Of a stretch of 64,000 bases of DNA, positions 51,901 through 63,900 are shown one piece after another. Under the pieces are notes generated by a model. That model worked only from the letters and a program-made list of their open reading frames with translations. It did not search any database and was not told the origin of the DNA. Source of the DNA: Thalia democratica (lineage: Eukaryota); assembly GCA_965202585.1 (NCBI GenBank), contig OZ241826.1, positions 42,284,001 through 42,348,000 on the forward strand, read 5' to 3'. Position numbers and translations under genes: made by a program. Every line of letters starts with the position of its first letter. Within the stretch, counting starts at the first letter, position 1.

Positions 51901-54900
51901 GTTTCTTATGCAAGTACTATTTTTTAATGACAACATAATTCAAATTATAAAATAGTTTTAAAAGTCGTTAAGTTTATTATTTGTTCAAAAAAATATTACC
52001 AAGTACTGTAATTCTTCAAAAACAAAGTCAAACAGTAATAATTCCAGATTAGGCGGGCCGGTCTGTCAACAAAAGTTTAAATGGGAAAGAACCCCGAGAA
52101 AATATTCAATTGAAATTCCAACAAAAGATCAAGTTGATCCCGCATAATCGCCGAGATCACCGCCGATTGTGACGTAACAAGGCCACTCGATACTTTGTGA
52201 CGTCATAAAGCCGACGTGTTAAAACTACCTGTTAGTGAAGCGGTAAGAAATTTTTTTAAACAATTTCTTTAAAACATCATTTTCACATACACATTTGCGC
52301 AGGTAGAATCTCGATTTTTAATTAGAGGAAATCAAGCTTAATTGCAACCAGTTCGATGAGAAAGTTGGAAGAAAATCAAATTAAAGATCTCCGATTGCAA
52401 GCGGAGCGTGTAAGAATTTAATATCAATTTGTAAATTAACTTGTCAGAGTAATTGAGTCAGCAGTTGCAAAAATCAACAGAAAACAATAATACCGGACGA
52501 GAAAACCGGCGATACTTCTGATCAAAGAAGCCTCGTTTGTTCAGCCTCGGTCAACTTAGAAAGCAATTAAAAACAAACGAGGTAGACGTTCAAAAACTAA
52601 GGGTTGGAAGTCGAAAACTACAAAGAGAAAGTCGTGACGTTATCTGGACGCCGGTAGATCGAGATTAAGTTATTATCCGTTCGAATACATCAAACCGTTG
52701 TTGTTGTAAGGATTTCAAAAGCAGATAAAAAATGTGAGCTTTTATTTTCAAAAATGCAAAGCCTATTGCGAGATTGAGAAGCGAGCCGTTTAATTAGGAT
52801 TAAAATATTTAAAATTATTAAATATTTAATTAAAGAGATTATTCACAAACTTATATTTGAAATTAAATCGCGTTATGAACATATACATGATCACCACAAT
52901 ACTACTTTAAAGTGTATTTTTTCAGCTGCCAATAAAATTTAATAAATTTAAAAACTGACAGTCATAAACAGTTTTAAAAAAATTATTTAAATCGTCCAAA
53001 AAAAAATATGAAAAAAACTATACAAGCTATTTCATGAATACCTTTTTACAACCGTTTGCAAAAAACTGACATCATAAATAATCTTACATCAGTCATTTTT
53101 AATTTCAGTCTAAATAAAGCACATAAAGTCTGCTCATTTTTGATTGAAGCCTTGTTATTAACACGAGGGCTGTTTGTTGTGGAAGCTTGTAATTTATATT
53201 GAGTCTGCTTCAAATAGACTGTGAGGTTTACCAACCAACTTACAACGAGTCAATCAGTTTTAATTTGAATGTGTATGCGTGCGGTGGTCAGTTTGGTTTG
53301 AATTGAAATGTTTGATTTGTTGTAAAAAAAATAAATTTTTTGAACCCAGCAAAGGTTTTTGGTTAGCCACAATGACAAATTTAGTAGTAAAACCAATGCG
53401 TTTGTATATTAGTATACATGTTTTTAGTTCGTAACTGTATTTACAAAACAGATCAGTTTGTAAAAGTAACTTAATAACTTACTTACAAAGTAAAAACATA
53501 AGATTTAAGCTTTTTGAATAACGCCACATTCGCAGAATAACGTTTAGCTATTATTTCCAAAACACACTTTTAAAACTAACAAATTCTAATTGTTAATTAG
53601 TATTTTGCGGCTTTCAAAAGCGAACACTTTGACACTGAAGGTTGCTATTTTTACACTCGTGAAATATACAAACACCGATACAGAAGTGTTTTGTGTTGGC
53701 ACTATTGAGTGGCACTTACTGTCGCCCGCGTGTCTGCACGTTGAAACCCATCAACGGCCCTCAATGCTAACAACTACTTGCACGAATAACTGAAGCAAAT
53801 AAAAAAATTGTACACAGTCTTTCTCTTGAAGCTTCAACCAGACTATCAAAGCATCAAAGCTCAACATTTTAAACTGCTTAAAAAAGCCCTTTAGAGTTTA
53901 AATCAGCTGTTAGTTAAATTTAAAGCACGAGCCGCTCGAATGTACCAAGTTCAAATGGATTACAACGCGCACAGATAACTTATCTGCGGGATGAGAACTG
54001 AACTACATTCGTAATCCACCGTCGAATCCACTTTCAACTGCAAACGCGACGAGATAATATTTCTAAGCCAGGCATTAGCGCGGGGCCGGGCGTTAGAAAA
54101 ACGAGCGGATCCGGCGAAAAGGCGCGAAAATCCGGGGCTGCAAGGGGATGATGCCGTGGCAACCATCTACTTTGGGGGGAGATGAGCATAAGGGTCGCGT
54201 GTGATAATCCCGCACATTGAAATCCCACCATACTGATGCGAGTGCAGGGGATTATAGAGGGCGGCACATAAGGCAGATATGCACAAGCAAATAGGATTAG
54301 TTGTTGTGAGCATTATACATCTCTCTCTCTGTATAATATATGCGCAGTGCGAAGCTTTCGCGATGAATGAAAACTGAAAAGGATTAGCGCTTTCAAAGCG
54401 TAACGCAGAAGCTTTCCAACCTTTTTGAGTTTTTCGTTTTGCACACGCCATCGATATGTATGGATTTTTAAGCATATTTTGTTGCAGCGCATTGGGGGTT
54501 GAAGTAATGTAAACTTCTGCCAGCTCAAGGAAACGTTTTTTTTTTTTCACTGAAAGAGTTTTTGTAAAATTTTCTAATGGTAAACAATTTACAGTTTTAT
54601 GAAATTATTAAAGAATCCATTTACTGGCGATACTTATACTTATAAAATACTAATATTTATTTATCTATATATAGCAATGGTAAACTTCATAAAAAAAACT
54701 TCAAGAGGTAACTTCGTAGAAAACACTCTATACAGTGCAAATAAGTATTTAGAGACAGAGCACTTGAGAACGAGTTTCAACTATAAAAAGTATTACGGCA
54801 CCGAGTTATAAATAAACATTTAATATAAAATTTCCAACAATACACACAAGCCAATTACGCTCAGGGCGGCAGTTGCAAGCCAGCCCCGTAACCGGCTTAA

Positions 54901-57900
54901 GCCCGGCCCCGAAGCACAAATATGAAAGAAATCGAAAGTGGATTAACACGACCACATAACCGACGCTATGGGTGGTCTCCATGACGTAACACAGAAGTAT
55001 TGTGACGTCACGTTTGTTAAGGGTTGTGGTGGCGAATCGGATTATAAAAATAGACTGGTAATTAATGGACGTGAAAAACGAAAATTTTCTTATACATATG
55101 CTCCAAACCCTGCCCGAAAGCTGTCCGGCAGTTCATAGAAAGTCGATTGAATGGAAAAGTATGAATGAAACCCGTTAAGGATTAAAGCTAGTAATTTTGA
55201 TTGTTTGGAAAAAAATTATGATTTTCAATAAAGTAAGTTATTTATCATAGCTGAAAAGTAGAACTAAACGGGCGTGACAAGGTAAAAAATTTAAAGGCAA
55301 AAAAAAACTAAATTGGTGCTTAAAATAAATTTCAAACAATTTGCAACTCGAAGCACAAAAGAAAACACTCACAAAAGTCAACGCACTGATGTGTGTGGTG
55401 AAAAAATTTGAAAATTGCGACAGGCAATTTGGGTCGAAATTGCGCGTCGTATAGCCGAAAAGTGGGGGCCATTTAGGGATTTGGTTGGCGAGATGGCAAA
55501 TTGAAAAATTCTGCACGAAAGTCACGACACCGTGGGCACGCAAGCCGTAAATTGCAGCGAAAACAATTGTTTGCGACGTGATGGGGATTATAGGGCAGTG
55601 GCAATTTGCAGTTACTGTTACGAAAATGATAAAGTTTGTTTGTTTGAAAGCGTGGTGAGGTAATGGCAAATCATGCTTTTTGTGAAAAGTGCTGAGATAT
55701 TGTAAGTTGAGATTTTTCAATGTTTTTTAGTTGAAATACAATGGCTTTTTGTTGCGCAGTTTTTATGTTAGAAAACATACAAGTAAAGTTTTATTTGAAT
55801 ATTTGATTTTGTTTCAATAAAGCTGCTTACACAAAACTTGACCAGCAAACACTTCTCGCCGTACAATAGGAAAATAACATATAAAACATTAAAAGCTTGT
55901 TTTATATCGTTGAATTATATATATACATACATATTTTATTAGTGTTTATTAGTATGGAGTATGTAGGTTATCAATTTTCAATGTTTTTACATATTTGTTT
56001 TTCTGTTCATACTTTATTTTACTTTTATTTTCTTATAAATGTCATTACTTGTAAAACTTAAAAACGTCTAATTCAAAACTAAAAAATTAATAAGTATTAC
56101 TTAAGAGTATACTTACTTATAGATAACTATATAACAGCTATTTCAAACTCTTAAAATATTAACTTAACTAATAGAGAGCTTTAAAAGCGTGAGGTAAAAT
56201 TACAAAGCAGATTGCGTAGATTAAGTAATAAGCGGTTATATACTTTCTTAGCTTAACTTATACGTTATAAATTAGATTTAAAACAGCTTATAAATACAAA
56301 ACGCATTAAAAAGCTTTATGCCTGGCTTTTGAAGAAAAAATCTTTCTATGATTGTACGCCACTTAGCGGTTAATAAATTTTACGCCAAGTTTGTATTTAA
56401 TGTTATTATATTAAAAATAAAAAATCAAACTTGCAATTTAGCTGTTTGACAAAGAATTAAATAATAATCAAAGTTTTTTAAATATCCTTGAGTAAGTTTT
56501 AAAAAATAAATCTGTTATGAAGAAGATTCGAAAAAAAGTTTCCTTAATTCTAGATAAAAAAAAAACTAAGCTAGCTCAACAAAAAACTATCTTAAAGATC
56601 TTTAACAGAAGTAATAAACTGAAACAAACTTTTTGGTTGTTTTATTTGCTGCAGTTCCATTTGAACCTCGGCAGACCTTTCTTCTATTTCTTGAAGTTCG
56701 TTGTCTAACTTCTGTTGCTGGGCTTCCAACTGTAAATTATTAATACTTGATAAATATGTAAAAACTAACCAAATGATTATTCAAAAAATTCACAACTAAC
56801 AACACAAAAGAATATCAGCCGTTTGACAAACAGGGTCTTTTATAAAAATAAACTGAAATTTAGTACCATAAAACTTTAAAGACATATAAAAACGGTATCT
56901 TCAACAAAATATTATTCACGCACAGCAGCAACGGGAGTGATGTCGATGTTGGCCTCGTCCTCCATGATTTCCTCCGCGTTCTCGATACCCATGATCCTGC
57001 TCAGCCTCTTCACCAGGTTGGCGTCAGCTTGCGACAGCGGCCTCGATTTACGGACGCTTCCTGTCACAACCGAACATCAGTTATCGGGTGTTGTAAACAA
57101 GCGTGGCAGTGTTGATGGTTTTTATTATTTTACGTATAATAAAAAACTGTTAAAAGGCCATAATAAACTAGTTTTAATTATGCATTTAATATTTTGTATT
57201 CCGTAGAAAAATAACTAATTTACGTATTTGTTTATTTTTTAAGTCCACATTAGGGTGCATCTGTTGCCCTAATGTTGCCCTAACCTTAGAAATTCGCTTA
57301 GTAAAATTTTTTGACGTTGGAAAATCACATAAATAGACAGCACAAAAAAATAGCTTCCTAGCTTTAAGCCTGTTGGAGCAAACTACTTTTGAAAATAGTT
57401 TTAAAAAAATTAGAAATTAAAAAATTTAAAAAAATAAAAAGTAACTTAGTTTTTTTGTTATTTTTGCATAAAATTTTTAATTTATTTTACAATTTTGTTT
57501 ATACAAAATTTTCTAAATATTGCAAGGAACATTTCCTAACCGTTTAAGGAAACTATCTCAAAAAATGTAGGAGAAAATATTTTTTTAGTGAAATAGTCAT
57601 CTTTCCTCTTTTTAAATATACCGATATAAAGCAAAATGTTCAAAAGTAGTTTGCTCCAACAGGCTTAGAGCTAAGAAAATATTTTTTTGTGCTTTTTTAT
57701 GTGATTTCCAAACGTCAAAAAACTTTACTAAGCGAAATTCTAAAATTTTCATTTTCGAGGGACAACATATGCTCCCTAGTACACATAAATGTGCCTTTAC
57801 TTTTTATTTGCAATGTAAATTTTTGAAAATGGTAATAAATATCTAAATATGATTAATTATTATTTCAATGTTTATAAACACTACAAAATAATTATTTTTT

Positions 57901-60900
57901 AGAAGCATTATTTACAAAATTTTCCAAATAAAACATAAACTCAAAAAATCCATGCCAAAATCAAGTTTGACTAAAACTGTAAAAATAGATTGAAAAACAC
58001 TTTTCAGTATTAAAACAAAGCAAAAAAAAAGCTTTCTTTTAAGCATTTAAATAGTTAAACTAAGTTGATAAGTAAATGAAAATAATCTTACTCATTCTTG
58101 GAAGTTTGTCTTCAAATTCAGTATGGACCGGATGATTTCTCATCACAACTTCTGTACCATGCAAAATAATATCAATTAAACGAAACAGCAAAAAATTAAA
58201 TTAAAAAACTTATTGCATGATTTGTAGTTATTATTGCTCAAACTGAAAATAAAAATGATAAATAAGAATTTTTTTAAGTATCATGTGATGTTAAGACATA
58301 TAATAAATAAGTTTAAAACTAAACAGTCATTATATTTAAAAACATAAATAAACTTTAACTTTACTTTAAATTTACACAGTATATTAATAAATGGCAAATA
58401 CAGTTTTTTATTTAATCAAACAATGTAAACGAAATACTATAAATCTAAGAATACAAAAATCATATAAAATTCTGAAACATGCATTTTAAAATTTAACTAC
58501 TTTTGTTTAATTTTCATACTAATTTACTGAAATTTCAAAAACAGCTTTAAACATTATGATTGCTAAAACAGTGCGTATTTTCTTTTGAAAAGTTATAAGT
58601 TTTTATTGATGATGATAAATCTCGGAGGAATATAGTCTAAAGTGGAAAATTACTTTTCTACTTAATTCTAATGTTTAACTCTTTTTATTTTCAAAATAAT
58701 ATTTAATTTTTTTTAAAAACATGTAAACAGCCACACCAAAACTGACCAATTTAGTATTCAAACTTAATTAAAAATTGAAAATCTCAGTTTTATTTGTTAT
58801 AAATACAATGGAAACTAATACAGGGGAGGAAATACGCTTAAACAGCAAGAGCGAGAACAATTAGCAACTGAAACAGAGTTAAGAGCTTGCTTGACGGCAA
58901 AACACAACAAGTTGTAAAGCCATACAGCTGTAAGGCTTAACGTTTTATTTAAAAAAAATTACAAAAAAGCCCTCAATTCTTATACAGGTGCAAAGTGTGT
59001 CGGATCGATTTTGTTTATATGAAAAGTGAAAGGGGGTCTGTTTCAGCGGGGTTTGGTCAACAAAAGCGAAATCGATTACCGACCCGCTTCCATGCTTAAT
59101 GTGGTTAATACGAATAGTCTGCTTGCTATAATTAGTCTGAAAAGTTGCTCTTTTCACAGCTTGTCAATCACTCACACACACACACACAGTGAGAGGTGTT
59201 AGTTTTTTGTTGCCGTCGATAATCGCGCTTCCTCGTTTCAGATTGCAATCTAATTAAACTTGAAATCGAGCGGCGAGATTACCATCGTAATTTACGGTGT
59301 TGTAAACAAATTTGATTTCGATAGTGTTAATTTTGATCATGCACAAGTTGCTATGCAAACTTATCGCCATCAATAAGAAGCATTGTTAGCAGTTTTAGAT
59401 TATTTTTCCAGTAAACAAGCGAATTTCAAAGTAAGTGATTAATAAAACACTAAATTGCACACATTTCTTAAATCAACAGATTCAAAAAAGTACTTAAAAA
59501 CTAATTCAAAAATGCTTAAAAGTTTCCCGATCAAATAAACTTTTAATTTGACTACTAAATTCATGCAGTAAATGTTTCACAAATCACTTCATGCACCGCA
59601 AATTGTATGCGAACCAATGAGAAAGCAGCACACAAACTAATTTCTACTCAAATTCAAAACCTTCTTCTTCGGGTATGGCGAGCTGCTGCGGAGCTCTCTT
59701 CTTCCTCCGCATCTTCACCTGGATCTTCTTGTCCTCCACGTTGAACTCCTGCACCTCCCCGTCCGAATCGTCCTTCAGGTCGATCATGTCCTTCGTCACC
59801 TTGTACGCAGCTTCTCCCGACTGCAAGGCGTCTGCCGCTTCAACCTTTGGAGCTTCTTCTGCTGCTGGTTCTTCCCTGGTTGGCGAGGCTTCCGCTTCAA
59901 CCGTTCCTTCTTCTGTTGCTTCAACTGGCGTGCTGCTACCTGCAGACGAGCATACAGCTTCTTGTACTTCTTTTATTGGTACTGCTTCACAAACTGCTTG
60001 CTGTTCTGCTATTGAAGCCGGTTCTGCTTCGCTTGGTACCGTTTCAGTTTCAACTGTTAATTTTGATAGGTCGCTTGCATCATCCACGCTTGCATCAGTG
60101 TTTTCAACTTTTTCCTCTATTTCAACTATTTCTTTTTCTTCTATGATTGTTATATTGCATTCAGCTTCCGATTGAGGTTCGTCTGCTTGTTCAGAGTTTA
60201 CAGAGCTTCTGTTGCTTACACCGGCTTGCATTGCTGTATGGTCATCGTCAGTTTCCACTGTTGTGTTCTCTAACGGTTTTTCGGACGGTTCTTCCTTGAA
60301 AGTAACAATTTCTTTAGCAGTTTCAATGTTTAAACTATCCAACACGTCATTATTTTGTGCTTCTGTATTCTCGTCGGCAATTTCTGTATCTGAGTCGTCA
60401 GCTTTTGCATCTGATGTAACCCAAGGTTCTTGTTTAGCAACTTCAGTACCTTCAACGCTCGCATTTTCATCCAAGCTTTCAATTTCGTTTCCACAGATTT
60501 CAACGACATCACCACTCGCCCTTTCTGATAAATTTTCCGATGAAGCTTCGCTGGCAAGATTATCATGTTCTTCGGTGTAAACGATTTCGCAAGGAGCTTC
60601 TGCTCGAAGCGAAGTCTCTGAAAGCTCCTCGTTCAAATCCGGTTCTGCTTCATCTGTTTGGTTCACAGACAGGACTTTATCTGCGAGCTCGGTCAGAGAG
60701 GAGTTTATGCTGAACACTTCCAGTATGGAATTGCTCCGGTTCAGATCTCGATTTACCGTCAAGTGTTCAACCGATTCGGTTTTTTGCACTGTTGAATCAT
60801 CCACGTTTTCTTCTACGACGTCGTTTTCAACAAGAGAATGCGCCGAAGACTTGTTGGAGACGCTCTCGAGAATGTTCAAGGCGTTCTTTTGCACGTAGTG

Positions 60901-63900
60901 AGCTTCAAGTATTTCCTCGATCTGATCGTTGGAAACCGAGTTCCTGTTGCTTTTCTCATCAACCTCTGACGCGGTGGCTTGCGAATCCGACTCGAACTCT
61001 TTGCACACCGCCTCCATTTCGCTTATGACGTCATCGCAAGTTAATATTTCCGATGATTTCTCATCACTGACAATCGCATCAGAAGCACTTAATTCAACTT
61101 GCGTGTCGAGCAAAGTTTCGACGCTGTTTTCAATTTCCAAATCTTGGCTGGGAATTGCAACGTGGTCGGGTGACGTTTCACTTTTGAATGGGTTTTCATG
61201 AGTGTCGTTGATTTCAGTTCCTTTCGATTGGCTCTTTACTGAACTTTCGTCGTCAGAAATGTCATCCATATAGGATGTAGCTGCTTTAACATGCTCAGTT
61301 TGACTTTTACACAAAAAATGCGAAAACGTAAAGAACACTTTTACAAACACGTTTATATCACTTTAAGTGTTACGCCAGTACATAAATACTCTTTTTGATG
61401 TGTAACAACATTTAGACGCTATATAATGAAACAAAAAGTAAAAAAAAACATACAAGTATTAACTTAACAACTTACTAGACTCAATTTTATTATCTGTAAA
61501 ATCTTCTTTTTCAATGGATTTCCTTGTTTGTGAAATCAACATGTGCGCTCTTTCTCTTATTTTTCTTTTTCTTTCCAGTTCCTAATTATTAAGTTATATT
61601 AATTTTACTACTGAGGTTAATACAAAAGCTTTATGATTGCAATTCTGTTTACTTTTTACAAAATTTTTTATAACACAAGTTTAATATTTCATAAAATTTT
61701 AAAATACATATATACCAAAAAATATTTAAAAAGATCATATAAAAAATTAGCTTTCAAAATTTATTTCAGGTAATAGGTCAGACATTATTAAGGTAAGAAA
61801 TAATAAAAAATTATCATAACTTTAAAATGTCTTTTAAAAACAAAAACATATTCACTACAATAGAAACAAAAACCTATAAGTTGGTGAAGCGAAAAATTTC
61901 TTAAATAAGTAACTTCATCTATCGACCAAAATGTTCGAAACCGTTACAAAACTTTAAACTGCTAAGAAAAAGTTGTTTCTTTTATGTCGTGTTTTTAATG
62001 AGACTAGTGTCAGGAATAATTTTATAAAAACAGTTCACAGAAATTTACACAAAGTTTTCACGAAATAAAATTATCATATCTTAAGTTTTCTTGACTTTGA
62101 CAGCCAAAATTTATCTGACGCTAATTGCCCGTAACAACCATCAAAGCGATTCTCAACTTCAAAACGTACCAAGCAGACCACCTATTTAAATAAATTAAAG
62201 AGAAAATATTTGAAATGTTCCTTGAAAACAATGTGCTTATTTTGGGAGCTATCGCGATGAAGGTGGCTTATCTGACGACTCTTTGCTTTGGCAGGGCCTT
62301 CAAAAGACCCGCGTTGCTTTTCCCGCGCAAACTCGAGTCGCGCGCACCGCGTCTCAGCAAACAAATTATGCGCTGTTGATTGCGACACTTCAGTGCACTT
62401 TCGCCGACTAATTGGTCACGTGATGTGCGAGCGAAAGCATCCGTGCCCAACTGTAAACATTCCGCGCAGATAAAAATGTATCCATTGTTTCAATTGTAAA
62501 CATTACTGTTGTTTATGGTGAATTCGCGTTAGTAAATGTTTCTAAGCTTAAAAAAAATACTACTATATATTTCATTTTTCAATATGCTAACGTTTACTTT
62601 GTTAGGCGAAACTTATAACAAAAAAATATATATAATCAAATTTAGATTTTAAAACTTTTTACCTCATCATCTATTTCTTCATTATTTTCCTGCAAAGCGT
62701 TAGCTTTCTTAGCTTTTTCTAGAAGTTCCATTATTTTTGATTTTTTTGTTCTTTCTCTTGCTGAGTCCTATAAAAAATATTTTCTTTTTCATAATTAATT
62801 AGATTTTTTAAGTGAAATACTTGTTATAAATATTAATTATAAAGTATTTTTAAATTGGTTTTAACACTGTACATTAATGACAAAACAATGACAAAACTAT
62901 CTCAAAACTTCTAATATGAGTACTTTAAAATATAGTTATCATAAACTAACAATCAAATTGTTCACAGTGTCATCAAACGAGGCATTGGAACAAGTCTCAT
63001 CATTTTTTGAGTTTTCTGAAATATTTTCTGATGATTCAGCGCTATGCACAGATATGGCTTCTTCATTCTTTATAAAATAAGTTTATATAACGTTTGTATG
63101 ATTTTAATTAAATTACGTAAAAAGAACGCTTAACAGCTATTTTCCACGTTTAACAATATCATTTTTATTCATTAACTTTTTTAAACAAAAGCAAAAAGTT
63201 TTTTACCAAGTATGTATTGTGAAAAAAAAACTTACATGGCCATTACGTATAATTGTGCAACTTTCTTTAACATCTAAATTCGTATCTTTATTAGAATCAT
63301 TGATACAAAACGTGCTTAAATTGTTATTTTCTAAATTAGTTTCACTAGTTAAATTATTGTTTTGTTTATCATCTAACTCTTCGTATATACCAACATCTTT
63401 TTCATTAGTTTCAGAAGTTTCAACGTAAGTTTTGGTTTCTTCACCACAATCACCCAGCTCTCTGTCACACTCTAGCGGTTGTACTTCTTCATTTTTATTT
63501 ATTGAAATACTTACAGATTTCAACTCCATACTGACTTCAAGCGGTTGAATTAATTTAATTTTTTCTACCGAAACTTTTTCAGGAATTTCAGGTTTTTCAG
63601 CGGGTTCCGCTAAAATTTCGGGTGGAGTGATTTTTTCAAGCAGATTTACGATATCAGGTTTTTCTTGAACTATTTCTTTATTATTGTATTCAATTTGTTC
63701 ATCAACTGCTGTCGACGGAGACTCTTCAACCTGGCTCTGTGACGTCACGTTCACGGGAGAAAGTCGTTGTGACGTCACTGGCCGGTCGTCGAACGAGTCG
63801 CACTCCTCCTCACTGCACTCGTACCGGAGGAGGGCCGAGTCGAGATCGCGCTCGAATATGTCGTCACAATCGTCGTCGTCATGGTTGCCAGGCAACGTGA

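Noticed and set aside
52531-52582. 11-bp perfect inverted repeat CCTCGTTTGTT / AACAAACGAGG
   Set aside because: Isolated, with no target-site duplication or extension; compatible with chance or paired Fox/Sox-like sites.
59675-61201. Several plus-strand Ser/Leu-rich ORFs opposite Ehbp1 exon E, and similar ones at 63219-63965
   Set aside because: Antisense shadows of Glu/Asp-rich coding sequence (TCT/TTC/TCA runs).
1782-62146. About 17 Tcf/Lef-type ATCAAAG/CTTTGAT sites across the window
   Set aside because: About 15 are expected by chance at this base composition; only the tandem pair at 53845 is noted.
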